DNA of 64,000 bases from Octopus sinensis (lineage: Eukaryota), in the NCBI RefSeq assembly GCF_006345805.1, contig NC_043000.1, positions 133,734,001 to 133,798,000 on the forward strand, written 5' to 3'. The notes below the pieces were generated by a model. That model was not told the DNA's origin and did not search any database. It worked only from the letters and a program-made list of their open reading frames with translations. This document shows positions 37,355 to 50,358 of the stretch, in pieces. Every line of letters starts with the position of its first letter. Within the stretch, counting starts at the first letter, position 1. A program made the translations under genes and the position numbers.

Positions 37355-38715
37355 CTGTAAAGATATGAAAAAAAGAAAAAGGAGGGCATAGCATGAAAGG
37401 CACAATCAACAATTGATCTGAAAGTTCTGTTAAAACACTATTTAGATATTGACTACAATTATCTTCTGTACAAGAGAACTTCAAAACCATTATTGTTGTT
37501 TTATCATTAGTCTGTATCTTTCTGCAGATACTGTACTGAATCTCTGAGGAAACAATTTCTTCTCTTTTTTTTTCTTGTAAAACAGGTATCAGCTGAGCAC
37601 TGGGGTTGATGTAGACGACTAGCCCACTCCCTCAAAATTTCATGCCTTGCGCCTATAGCAGAAAGGATTATTATTATTATTATTAGGGCGGTGAGCTGGC
37701 AGAATCGTTAGCACACCGGGCAAAATGCTTAGCAGTATTTTGTCTGCCGTTATGTTCTGAGTTCAAATTCCGCCAAGGTCATCTTTGCCTTTCATCCTTT
37801 CAGGGTTGAATAAATAAGTACCAGTTATGCACTGGGGTCTGTGTAATCGACTTAATCCCTTTGTCTGTCCCCTCTATGTTTAGCCTCCTGTGGGCAATAA
37901 AGAAATAAATAATTACTATATAAGGCAGCAAGCTGTCAGAATTAGCATATCAGACAAAATGCTCAATATTTCTTCTGGCTCTTTATGGTACTAAGCTCAA
38001 ATCCCACCAAATTCAACTTCACTTTTCATTCTTTTGGGATCAATGGAATAAAATACCAATCAAATACTGGGATCAGTGTAATTAACTTGTTCCACTTCGC
38101 CCCAAGATTACTGGCCTTTAGCCAAAATTAGAAAGAATTATTTTTATAGAAATGAGTAACATTCAGAAAATTCATTTCCAAATCCCTCTTGAAACCATTT
38201 CACTTGCATTGTATAGTTAAAGTTTGAGAAAACATTTAATTTTACATCTCTATAAATGTGATGCATCATATTTGTTTATAAGAAATAATTGTTGTTAGAG
38301 CATCAAACTAGCAGAACCATTAAAGAGTCAGAAAAAATACCTTGTGACATTTGTTTTGGCTCTTCACATTCTGAGTTCAAATCTCACTGAGATCAACTTT
38401 GCCCTTTTGGGATTGATAGAGCAAAACTAGGTTTTAGACTTTGTTTATCAGGAGCATCTCCTCCTTTATGATGCTTCTAACACTAAGTGTTCGATTTCTG
38501 GTAATTCTATTTATGAATCTATTTTAGTGCTAAACCAGACAGATTCTCCATCTTTCTCTGGGTACTTATCAAATCCTGATCAACCTCAATAAATCAAACT
38601 TTACAATGGATATTAAAAATGTGTGTTTATTTGAATAGATCATTAAACAAACTTGTTAGATAGACTACCACTGAACTGGAATTACTTCTTTGAGAAAATA
38701 ACTTAAAATGCTTAC

Positions 38716-38821
38716 CTTCATCCTTAACTATGGTAACAATAGTTTTTGTAATTTTGCCAAGTGAAGCTCCTCCGCCAGTTTCCAGTAAGCTTAACTGGAA
38801 ACACTCATCTTTCTCAGCTGT
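38716..38821 (-). CDS. SLC8A: NCX exon: end of CBD2 (TAEKDECFQLSLLETGGGASLGKITKTIVTIVKDE)
   Basis: ctattttcag| acceptor and G|gtaagc donor; phase 0 to 1. Confidence 0.9.
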
Positions 38822-39251
38822 CTGAAAATAGAAGTAAAGTAGCTCATTGATTACAGTTAAATTATTGTCTATATGTGTTTGAATTTCAAAATCAGTTTTT
38901 GTCCAAAGTTTATTCATAACCTGATGACACCTAGACTTCTCTAGAGTTTGTTCTGTAGTCTTCTTCTGTTCACTAAAGGTACGTTCTGTGCTATGAATTG
39001 CCTCCCTCTCTCTCTTTCGGAGAGGCACTGAGCAGCTATACGCACACATACACACACGGCAGTAACTTCCACCTACTGAATTCAATCACATTTAATATAT
39101 CAAGAGAAAGTTATTCAGACTTGTAAATAGGTGTTAGCAGATCTCAGGTTAACATACAAAAATATGTTGAAGATCATAGAGAATATGGTGAACCTGAAAG
39201 TAAAGCAGATAATTGTAATTCAACAATATATGCTTTTGAATAATATTATTA

Positions 39252-39934
39252 TTGACCTGGCAAGCCAAATGAGACCATAACCTCGTGGCCTATGCCAGGG
39301 GTGTAACCAGTCCACTTATGCGTACCTTTTCCTTCTTTGGACACTAAACTCTATTTGCGAAGACCTGTTGAGGCAAGTGAAATCAAAATCAAATTCGATA
39401 ACTGGCATCCGTGCTAGTGGGGTGCAAAGAGCACCATACGAGTGTGATCGTTGACAGAGCAGCTAACCGGCTTCCATGCCAGTGGCACATAAAAGGCACC
39501 ATTCGAGTGTGATCGCGACCAGCATTGCCTCACTGGCACTTGTGCCCCGGGCTAGTAGGGTGCTAAGAGCACCATCCGAGTGTGATCGTTGCCAGAGCAG
39601 ATAACTGGCTTCCGTGCCAGTGGCACGTAAAAGGCACCATTTGAGCGTGATCGTTACCAGTGTTGCCTTACTGGCACCTGTGCCGGTGGCATGTGTAAAA
39701 AGATTCGAGCAAGGTTGTTGCCAGTACTGCCTGACTGGCCCCAGTGCCGGTGGCATGTAAAAGTACCCACTACACTCTTGGAGTGGTTGGCGTTAGGAAG
39801 GGCATCCAGCTATAGAAACTCTGCCAGATCAGACTGGAGCCTGGTGCAGCCATCTGATTCGTCAGCCCTCAGTCAAATTGCCCAACCCATGCTAGCATGG
39901 AAAGCGGAAATTAAACAATGATGAAGATGATGAT
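39252..39934 (+). mobile_element. Retroposon with internal tandem array and (GAT)n tail (RTE-type 3' end)
   Basis: Ends ...ccaacccatgctagcatggaaagcgga..taaac(gat)n. Relatives at about 18304-18612(-), 24212-24799(+), 28146-28685(-), 30480-30779(+), 33950-34275(-), 35716-36280(-), 58616-58975(-). The RTE link is inferred from tail type. Confidence 0.75.
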
Positions 39935-40558
39935 TTACATTACAAATAAGAAAAGTTTCAGCAGTGGGAGCATCTTGCAAAGTTTCTGCAACTTGAAACT
40001 AATAACATGAACTATAGTGTGGTTATCACAGTGTGAGGGGTTTCGTTGAAGAGCCACAATACTAAAAATAGTGGCCTTTAGCAGAGAAGAATTATCTGAT
40101 TGCAAAGTTGAAGTACAGTATAGTGATGATGTTCAACAAAGCATTAATGAACGGCATACACTGGACAGGAAAGTATAACAATAATAACATGTAATTTATT
40201 AATTTGCCAAGAATTAAATCATCCAGTCAACAAATAATTCTTAACTAAGGTACAAGGAGGAAGTTGTATTCAACTGATTTTGTACTTTGGGCCTCAATTT
40301 TATCGACTGTTTTTCTAGGGGTAGCAGTGTAGCTGGTGATAAACTACTGCAGATGTTGCTCATATGATTTTAGAAAAATTCATTCATCATCGTTTTGAAG
40401 TCTACTTTTCTATGCTTGCATAAATCTAATGGAATTTATATCGAAGCAGATTTTTTTAGTGTCAGATGCCTTTCTTGTCCCCCAACCATTAACTGCTTCA
40501 AATCAAAGTGATATTGTTTCTTTTAAATAGATTGTATTAATTAAAAAAGTAAGTTTAC

Positions 40559-40791
40559 CTTAGTATCATAAATAAAGACTTCAACGTTCTTAAGAATTTC
40601 GCCATTGTCAAAGGTAAGTTCACCTTCTCCACCAAAATAATCAACACCAGCATGAGCTGTCATATCCTTTGTCTTCCATTTTACACTGACATGTCCATCA
40701 GCTCCATTTGATCTTTTTACAGGAATTTTTACTTTCCGAGAGCTTTCAGTGACAAGAACACTTGGTTTGGTGAACTCCAAGACTCCAGGTT
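40559..40791 (-). CDS. SLC8A: NCX exon: CBD2 (EPGVLEF...VKRSNGADGHVSVKWKT...DYFGGEGELTFDNGE...)
   Basis: acatttcag| acceptor and AAG|gtaaac donor; phase 1 to 0; typical second Calx-beta domain. Confidence 0.93.
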
Positions 40792-41425
40792 CTGAAATGT
40801 GAACAATTTGCTTTTGATCAAATAACAATGAAGAGTTTCATCAGATTATGTATATAGATTCAACAAACCTTTGTATATTATATTATTTGTGTGCTACTGG
40901 GAAGAAGATAATTAACTAAGTAAGCATTTCATTAACTCTTGATTTAAAAGAAGCTAGAGATTTTTGAAGTCTTTTTTTTTTTCAAATGACTGCAAAAATT
41001 TTATAAAAAGATTTTTCATGATTGACATTCTATGAAACAGCATCAGACAAAAGTCTAATCTTGAAACAGCTTTTAGATAAAAATATCAATTTGTATAACA
41101 CTATGTATATACAAATGTAGAACAGTGCTGGTTGTGATATTTTGCCTCAGAGAAACTTCTCGTAGCTCTTAAGTATTAATAATACAGAGCTCACTCAGGA
41201 TGTCATTAGTAGTGTTTCAACCTCCTCAGTAACATCCACACTTAGACACTCTGGACCAAGATGAAATCTTTGTTCCAATGGCATAAAATAAGAACAACAA
41301 TAAACAAGTGAAGAACGAATATACAATGCATGTGTTTATTTGGCAAGAAAAAAATGACCATCCCAAAATGTAGCAAAAAACGAAAATGTGTGCATTTAAA
41401 GATATGAATAGAGTACATAACCTAC

Positions 41426-41658
41426 CGTCATCATTAATGATTGTCACTTGCATGATATAATTTTTGGCAAGTGAGACATCATTGCTTTCAGGAAGAAGTG
41501 ACAACTGAACAAAGAAAAACTCATCAGGTTCCCATTCAAAGTCATCAATAATCTCCACATAGATAGTGCGTAACATTTCATTTTCTTGGAATTGGATGAT
41601 TTCATTCAAAGGTTTATAATCACTACCTGGTGTAGCAGTACCAGGAACTGTTTCAACT
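41426..41658 (-). CDS. SLC8A: NCX exon: CBD1 (VETVPGTATPGSDY...EIIDDFEWEPDEFFFVQL...VTIINDD)
   Basis: ctatttag| acceptor and G|gtaggt donor; acidic Calx-beta Ca2+-binding motifs; phase 2 to 1. Confidence 0.93.
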
Positions 41659-41805
41659 CTAAATAGATTAAATGGACATCAGTTAATAAATCTGCATGTA
41701 TCAAAAGAAACAAGTGGGACAAGAATAAAACACCTAGTTCTGTGCTTAATTGTTTACTTTTGTTATATAGGATGAAGAATCTGATGGGAAATAACTTATG
41801 AAATA

Positions 41806-42167
41806 CTAGCACTATGACCCAGCAATGCCGGGTCATAGTGCTAGTACATGCATATACAGCTGCGTGCGTGCGCACATACACGTGAGTACTGTCCAAATCT
41901 CCGACCAATCACACAGCTAGCTGGCATTCAATTAGCGTATTAATTTTCAGGCATTTTGATTGGGTTTTGGATAGAAAATTCACAAAAAAGTCACTTCTAT
42001 TGATTTTTTAATGGCTTTGCGGGTTGACTGGGAAAATGTAAAGATGTGCACAACCACCCTTGGATGGTTTTGAATGACCATAGAAAGTGCGAGCCCTCTA
42101 ACTGAAAAATTGTCGATTTGTATAAAGGACACGCACACAGACATTTTGCCGTTTATATAGAGAGAGA
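41806..42167 (-). mobile_element. Non-autonomous Helitron (about 360 bp)
   Basis: Minus strand A|TC...CTAG|T termini; 17-bp-arm terminal hairpin at 41804-41846. Confidence 0.75.
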
Positions 42168-42268
42168 TATCTAATGTAACAATGTCATTTGCTTAGGAAA
42201 TCAAAAAATATGATTGATTTCAGTACAACTGTAAAACATGAGAGGAAGAAGGGAGACTACTGGGGAGT

Positions 42269-42711
42269 TATAATAATAATGAAATTATTGTATACAGTGC
42301 TCAGGTGCACCACAACTTGTCAAAAATGCATATAAAGCATATGCAGTAATGTACAAATGTCTGGGAAGTGAACAGTGCATGAGTCAGATACATGCTTGCG
42401 TGTATATGGAGGGGAGAAAATCAGGTGTAGTGTTGGCGAATCTCAGGAAGCATGGAAGTTTTGAAGGATGCAGTGCTCCGACAACTAACAACTGATGCCG
42501 GCAGTTTGTTCCATACTTCAGCAGCTCTTAGCATGAAAAAAATGTTTCCGAAAGTCATGGGAGCTGTGCTGTTTTCTGACTTTGTAAACATGTTCACGGG
42601 CGTTAGACAGGTGGAGTTTGAAAAGATGCTCAGAGTTATTGTTAGTAAGATGGTTAATAATTTTATGGGTGTCTGCCAAGTCAGCTGCCAGACGTTGGGG
42701 TTTCAATGTAT
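42269..42711 (-). mobile_element. CR1-type LINE 3' end (copy 3)
   Basis: Same family; ORF 42518-42706 RLAADLADTHKIINHL. Confidence 0.85.
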
Positions 42712-43619
42712 TGAATCAGTTGACTGATTCTTCCTGGATGTGCTTCTACCTTCAATGGAAAACACATAAGTAACCCACAGTAAATATTGTAAACTAGACT
42801 TAGAAAGTTTACAATGAGGTTAACATTAACCTACAGTAAATACAGAATACAGATGAGGTAAAAACACATAATCAACAAATCAAGTACACAGAAAAACTAG
42901 GAGAGACGTACTACTTCTATACATGTTGGTATATACACAGAACTGGTTTTATCAGGAGTAGAGATTCTTCAGAAAGAAGTTAGTGGGGTATTAAACTGTA
43001 CAGAGGGTCTCTCAGCAAGTAATAGTTAACAACAACTTGACAATTTAGATACCCACTGCTCATTATAGTCCTTTGAAGAATAAAAGTTCAAAACTGGTTG
43101 TACATAGTAACTTCTGAATGCTGATGAACGGAAGTTCCAAACATGGATCAGAGTTTAGAACTGAGAGGCCCAAAGGTCAATTTATCAAGGATGACACTCC
43201 ATATGCAGATAAGGAGCAAATAGGAACTCTATACTGTCTACCTGAAAGGGTACACTATATAGAACTAACAGAAAAAGATTTAATATGTGATAGAAGCACA
43301 GAAGTAACTCCAAGAAATGAAATTACTGAAAAAGCTCATTAGCATTTCATAGCTACCTAAATGACTTCTCTCACTGAGTGAAGGACAGACCATATGATGC
43401 TTAAGTATAACATGGTAGTGAGATATGGCCACTGAATGTGGGGTATACATGAGGAATAGGAAGTAATGAAGCTAGTATGCTGTGTTGGATGTATAATGTC
43501 AGCATGCATAAACAACAGAGCACAAAAATGATGAAAGAAGAAAGGAACATCAGAAGTATCTGTATCAGTGTGCAAAAGAAATAATTGCATCAGAAGTATC
43601 TGCAATTATTTCTAATGCA

Positions 43620-43705
43620 TCACATTTACCTTTGTAGCAGTTGACTATGGTGCTGCTACACTAGTCATTGAGTATGACTCCTTTGTGTATCACGTGGTTA
43701 ACTAT
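43620..43705 (-). mobile_element. Short RTE fragment just inside the NCX intron
   Basis: Visibly similar to 9928-10015 (tttacctttgtagcagttgactatg). Confidence 0.7.
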
Positions 43706-43750
43706 CTTATTTATTCACAAGAAAATGTCATGCCAAGTTGTCCAACTTAC

Positions 43751-43944
43751 CTTACTTGCACAGGAATATCCATTTTACCAGTTCTCCTAATACCAACTCG
43801 GACCTTCTTTTCACTCTCCAGTACAGCTACTCCTGATGCAGTAAATTCTACAACAGCTTTTTTACCTCCTTCAGAGTGGTCTTTTGCACGGCGAACACGT
43901 AAGGCCTCACGTTCTTCTTGTGGTAACTTCAAGTCCTCATGCAA
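43751..43944 (-). CDS. SLC8A: Na+/Ca2+ exchanger exon: start of CBD1 (LHEDLK...AVVEFTASGVAVLESEKKVRVGIRRTGKMDIPVQVR)
   Basis: Minus strand ttgtttttgacag| acceptor and AG|gtaagt donor; Calx-beta N-terminal strand pattern; phase 0 to 2. Confidence 0.9.
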
Positions 43945-44149
43945 CTGTCAAAAACAATGAGAATGAAAAAAAACAGCCAATTAGACAAAGAAAACAGCAT
44001 CAACAAGCAAGGGAACCAATTAGACCAGTGTTTGCCAAGGAGGTAATATTGTGCCTTGAATAAAATGTGAAATTGTTGCACTTTACAAATTGCTATAGAA
44101 TCCTGGAAATTGCTGTATTTTAAAAATTATTTTGGAGCAGGGAGGAGGA

Positions 44150-44330
44150 AGAAGCTTTCCAAGACCATCAAGATTATTGCAGTTAACATTCTTCTTGAAT
44201 AGTTGCAAGTTGATGGCTGCAGGTAAAATACGAGCAGAGAAGGAATTCCAGAAGGATAACAGTCTGGGGCTGAAGGACTGAGCAAAATGGTTAGTGTAAA
44301 GCCAGGAAGTGGATAATTATTTTTAATACG
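44150..44330 (-). mobile_element. CR1/L2-type LINE RT C-terminal fragment
   Basis: Minus-strand PRLLSFWNSFSARILPAAINLQLFKKNVN matches the FFPRT..LWNSLP...FK..VN pattern. Confidence 0.55.
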
Positions 44331-44499
44331 GCACAGTTTACGACCTGCGGTGATGAATAGCAGAGAGACAAATATGTTTGGGAATAACTGATTAGATGTT
44401 TAGAAAAGTTTAAAGAATTCAATCCTGTCAAAATAACTCCTTGAGAAAGAAATATTTAAAGGAAATAAAAAGAATAGAATTTCATTATAGAAAAGTCAT

Positions 44500-44728
44500 T
44501 TAACCCTTTAGTGTTTAAACCGGCCAAATCCGGCCCAATATATTCTACATGTTTTATATTCAAACTGGCGATATCTAGCCTCTCACTCCTAACCTACAAT
44601 GCCATTCTGAAAATAAGTAATCACATCATTGAAACCTCAAAGCAATAAGATAATGCATGATTAATTCAAAACAATTTGAATGAAAAAGTATTACATTTAA
44701 CAGAGTGTTCTGAACACTAAAGGGTTAA
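44500..44728. mobile_element. TTAA-flanked MITE, family B (opposite orientation to 23481)
   Basis: TTAA|CCCTTTAGTGTT ... AACACTAAAGGG|TTAA; a degraded relative lies at about 18635-18860. Confidence 0.8.
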
Positions 44729-45733
44729 GAACACAAATTTTGCTATATTTACTTTTCGTTGTAATTCTGTCACCTGGTAACTGCTAATTCCACTGCTTTG
44801 TTGAAAATCCGTTACTGATGAGTTTTATAAGCCTCAGATTTGTTTTTACTTATTTTTTTGACCTTTAAGTCTATAATATATTTCATGTTTGACCTTTTGA
44901 TAGACTGAGAGAGAAAAGTAGAAGAGTTGAACTAAAAGGGACCAATGGTAGCCCATATCAAAAGACCTGACAGCAACTATGCAGTGAATTCACAGTCAAA
45001 CGTTTTAAAATAAAAACCCTGAGGTTTATAAAAACTCATCAGTGATTGATTTTTAACGAAGCAGTGGAACTGTATCAAATTGCAGAAGAGCAACAAAAAT
45101 GTTGGCATCTTATAAAAAAAAAATTAATATAACATTTCGTGAATTCTTAAATGACTAAAATAGCTTCTCCATAATGTAATTGCTTCAGTTTCTACACATA
45201 ATCTCAGACCAATTCACTTGCCAAAAAAGAAATATTAATATTATATACTCATTCAATATACTGTCTTATGGTTACATAAAGAATGAAAGCAATGTTGGAC
45301 TCCATTTGAGTGAAAGTGAATGAATCATTTTCATGCCAAATTACCAAAGTAGTAACCTATTACAATTGTTGCAATATACCTATGGCAAAGACATTTAATT
45401 CCTACTGGTTGAATTCATCTACTTTTATAAAACAGCTTACTATTTTGTATAATTAACAAGTATGTTGTTAACTGACATTTCAGAAATGACACGTTCTTAT
45501 GCTCCTGGAGAAAGAAATAATAAACTGCTTTATGACTGGCAGACTTATTAGAGCTTTGGAAAAAGTGCTTTGCAGTATTTGTTGCAGGCCTTTACATTCT
45601 GAGTTCAAATCCTGCTAAATCAACTTTGCCTTTCATCCAATGAAATAATATACCAATCAAGCACTGATTAGTGGTACCAACTAACTACTTGTGCCAATAT
45701 AAGAAACAAATATTTAGTCTCATATCAGAGTTT

Positions 45734-45784
45734 CCAATGACATTTGTTACACCTGATCTGATCAGGTGTAACAAATGTCATTGG
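45734..45784. repeat. Perfect 25-bp inverted repeat with 1-nt spacer
   Basis: ccaatgacatttgttacacctgatc t gatcaggtgtaacaaatgtcattgg. Confidence 0.95.
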
Positions 45785-48700
45785 TCTGATTCTCGTTTCT
45801 GATGACTGTCATCATACAATGGCTGCTGTACTACAATGTTCTAAGATAAGCTCATCATTTCCAAAGATTCACCATCAGGTGGATATCTTGCTTCACCAAA
45901 AGAAATTCAATGATATTAACATCTAAATGTTGTTCAGTCAGATCTCCAGACTTATCAAAGGAGGCTGGCCAGCACAAATATGATACTGATGTCAAGAAAT
46001 AATTTATTGGCAGTGAGTTTCTTTTACAAAAAATATTATTTGAAATAGACAATTAGTCTAATTAAATGCACCTGAGCATTGTATACAATAATTTCATTAT
46101 TAAATAAGGGAATGACAATCAAAAGTAAATAGAAAGTACCTCAACTTTGCCAACTAATTACTATAAAGATATTTTATTCTTAACCCCTAGAACTCCATAA
46201 GACCTGTTACTCAGTTTCCATGGTTTATGAGTGACTGAGAATCACAACATCCTCCCTGAATGGACCACCAGTCTATTGCAGGGTTTAAGGGTAGCAATTC
46301 TGAATGGAGGAGACATCAATTACATGGAGGCCAAGTACATCCTGAAAGGCGGCAAGCTGGCAGAAACGTTAGCATGCTGGGTGAAATGCTTAGCAGTATT
46401 TCATCTGCCGTTACATTCTGAGTTCAAATTCCACCAAGGTCGACTTTGCCTTTCATCCTTTCGAGGTCGATAAATTAAGTACCAGTTACGCACTGAGGTC
46501 GATGTAATCAACTTAATATCTTTGTCCTTGTTTGTCCCCTCTGTGTTTAGCCCCTTGTGGGCAATAAAGAAATAAGTACATCCTAAAATGATGAAGAGCA
46601 GAGGTGACTTCAACAGTATTTAACTCAAAATAGAGAATCAGTTGGAAAAATGCTCAACAGCATTTTTCTAATGTGCAAACAATTCTGCCAGTTCACCTCC
46701 TAATAAGGAAATATAGATAAATAATATTGCTCTACTGTTAGATAATCATGCCATTCATTTCAATTCTATTATCTTCCATCATTGCATAGTCTTCATATAA
46801 TTTACTATATCACACTATGTTGCTGGAAGTATTTGTTTATTAGAATGAAAGAATAACTTAACAAAAATGAACAGGTTTTATTCACAGAGATGAAAGATCA
46901 AAACTCAAAAATCTTCCCCTTCTGATTCATAATTAAAGACATTTTATATATGAATATCTTCTGAAACCTGCAACAACTTTTATTCCTTACTCAGATACTC
47001 TTTGCCACTTTAGTGTAATAGGTAGATGCCTTAAAAAAAGTTAGATAGTTAAAGGATTCATATCATTGGGTAAGTTAATATATTTCTATTGTTTAGGAAT
47101 TTCAAGTAAGATATCAACAGAAATTATTAGAAAAGAAAGTTTTTTTAGATGAAACATAGACATAAACTGTACATCATGTTGTGGAGAAAAAGATAATGAA
47201 TTAAATGGTGTTACAACATAGAATGCAAGGGGATTAATAAAAGTTCAAACCCATACTGTGCAAATGTGCATACATGCTGAAGTAATATGATTAAAATATG
47301 CAAAATATACTGTGATATAGAAATTCATGCAACATGTCAAGTTTGTTCCGGAAGTATCCAATGCTAAACCAAAATATGTAAAGGAAACAGGCAAATTTTC
47401 TTTTAAAAATGGGGGTGTTTCAACATCTGCATGTGTCATTGGGGAATAGGGTGTATTAAGAATGCCAGTAAAAAAAAAAATTCTTACTTTTAATTCACTT
47501 ACCTGTGCACAGTCTCCAAAAAAAAAATGGAATTGTGCCATAAAAATCAATTTATCAAGTCTCTCAGACAACCAAGGCTTTACCCACATAATCTCTTCCA
47601 ATAGATGAACTAGTACACTTAAAAGCTCCTACATTTTGTACACATCTGAACAAACTTCTGAGTTATCAAGTCAAAAAGAGCCTGAAGAAACATTTCATCA
47701 AGACTTTACTATTCATTATTCCACTTTCTTTAAAGTGAGACCAAATGAACACTCATCTGTTAACAGATACTGATCTGGGTTTTCTTACCCTAAAGCTCAA
47801 TAACTAATCCATTTCACAATCCAATGTTAAACTTTTAGCTAAAAAGATAACTCATTACATTTGTCTCTAAAGCATTTAATTGATGGGGCTTTTTTATGGA
47901 GATAAAATTTCTCAGAATTTATAACTGCTCCAAATACAAACCAAGAGTCACACTATCAGGGATAAGATAATTAAGTTTGCAGATGTATGGTCTAAGACCA
48001 GATGGCTTCTAAGTTCAAAGTTTCTGTAGTGCCAAGACAATCCACTTAGAATACTTATCTAATGGGTAATATCTGCCAGACAGGGCAAATGAGAATGAAC
48101 TCATATATTCAAAGTGTGCTAGTAGTACATACTTTTACTGTTTCTAAATATAACACACTTTTTGTTGTTAATAAACATAGTATATTGTTATTTAAACACT
48201 AGTATTAGTCTTATAAAACAATATTCAAATTATTTCATTTTCATGGTCAGTACACTCCATTTCCACACCACTAAGGATAACATATTTTCCTACTAATATG
48301 CTGTAAAATTGAAATTCATGACCCGTCACATATAGCCTATTAACAAGCTTGCCTACAATACATTTTAGTCATAAAAAAATAAAATTTACATGCATAAAAA
48401 CAGATGACTGACAGAAGTATGTAATCTTTTTAGAGCACCCCAAAATACTGTACTAATTAGAAAGGAACTAAGAATTACAGAATTACAGTATAGGGTGGTA
48501 CAAAATAACGTTAGGAAGTGTAAAATAATTACTTGTAGTAGTCCCATAATTTAAGTGTTTATTGTACAACATTAAGGGGACAGGGACACAAACACATGAA
48601 TTAAACCATTGCTTAGTTTTGAAACCAACAGTTTATTAATGATATAATAAGAGATACTTTGTTTCAATCAACCCAGCTGAAAATACACATCACTAACTAT

Positions 48701-49181
48701 TTCCAAGCTAATTGAGTGATAATATGAAAATGTAGCTAAAGACAAAATTATATGAATTTGCAGGACCATTCCACCCATGCTGGCAAGAAAATTACATAAT
48801 TGTAACACATTAAAAGAAGAAAATAAAAAATATGGTAAAACAGAATCAAGACATTTGATTAATTATTGAGAAAAAGAAAAGAATCATTTAAGAATTTGTT
48901 TGAAATTAAGGTAATTATGCAGTTCTTCCTTTGTTAAGTAGATGATTGCACAATATTTTAATTAAGGTGTTTTATATAAAGAAAAGAAATAATCAATTAA
49001 GCTTTTGTTATCTAGTTTTCTTTGAGTTAAATATTTGGAAGCAGACTTCAATTTATGAACTTATTCAACAGTGCATTCTTCAAATAATATATATATATAT
49101 ATATATATATCTATATCATCATCATCGTTTAACGTCCGCTTTCCATGCTAGCATGGGTTGGACGATTTGACTGAGGGCTGG

Positions 49182-49221
<40 letters not shown>

Positions 49222-49684
49222 GTATTAAATTCATAAAAGAGGAGAAACAAGGTTGTATAAGTTTGTGTTTTTCTCATGAACAATTATGTAGAAAATGACT
49301 ACAATCATGAACTGGAAACAGGTTTTCAAACTGACTTTATAAATTACTTAACAAGGTTTGTCACACTCAGTTAAAACATGGTTAAATATACATTTATAAG
49401 CTTATAATGCTTAAACGGTGGCTTATACTAAACTTCTTTCAATATATTAGTTAAAAGATAAGTGCAGTCATCTATTTAACAGATAATCCTCCAGAAAACA
49501 TTTTTTAACCAAGAGCCTGATACAAATAATAGTTGCATATCTTTTTGTTGATCACAAACTTGATTTAAAATAAAATGATAAAAATAGACTGAAGATAATC
49601 ATAAAAGGTCATTTCAGCGAAATGATATGATAAATACAATATATATATATACGTGTGTGTGCATATGTGAGTTAACATGCTTAC

Positions 49685-49699
49685 CTGTGGATTATCCAA
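49685..49699 (-). CDS. SLC8A: Candidate 15-nt NCX microexon (LDNPQ)
   Basis: Minus strand tatttcctttttTGCatatcAG|TTGGATAATCCACAG|GTAAGC; phase 0-0, compatible with the phase-0 start of the 43944 exon. No transcript evidence. Confidence 0.55.
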
Positions 49700-50175
49700 C
49701 TGATATGCAAAAAGGAAATAATCAGAACAAGGATTAACTATAAAACTTTACAAATAATATATCGATGAAATATATTGATGTAATAAAGCAGTATCTTTCA
49801 CCATTTTTCAATAAAAACATTCAAAGACATATCAATGAATGCCATTCTTTACTGTTTTTTCTCGCACAACCTTTTCAAAAATTATTTCCATTTCACCTAA
49901 TATTGTAAGTTTATTAATGTAATGAGCCTTAAAATCTGAGCTTCATGCGGTACTCAGTAGTACTATTTGTTATTATATTTCTGCTGAAATGTGGTACTTT
50001 TTGCTTTAACTAATTTCTAAAATAATGAAGAATTTAGTGAAATAATTTTGGCTGGTGTTTGGAACATAAACTAATATGAATTTTGATGGAAGATTTCGAT
50101 CACTTCAAAACAGGAAGTTTGTGTCATAGAACCAATGATGGTCTGTGGGTTGGTTTTGAAAGGGTTATGTGCCAG

Positions 50176-50358
50176 GGCACTGTAGCAGAGGAATAATTTC
50201 ATATTGAACTCATAAGAATTTAAAATGTACTTTGCTAATATATGCTACAAATAGCTTTCTGGTTTCAAGGCACTGTAGCAGAGGAATAATTTCATATTGA
50301 ACTCATAAGAATTTAAAATGTACTTCGCTAATATATGCTACAAATAGCTTTCTGGTTT
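50176..50358 (+). repeat. Tandem duplication, 93-bp period
   Basis: ggcactgtagcagagg...tttctggttt starts at 50176 and 50269; one visible substitution. Confidence 0.92.

Noticed and set aside
39430-39770. Repeat-spacer pattern as a CRISPR array
   Set aside because: Eukaryotic context, degenerate repeats, related spacers, no cas genes, and part of a dispersed retroposon.
47495-47520. Strong minus-strand donor CAG|gtaagt as another NCX microexon
   Set aside because: The only nearby acceptor is an atypical GAG giving an 11-nt exon; ORF 47245-47601 has no NCX similarity.
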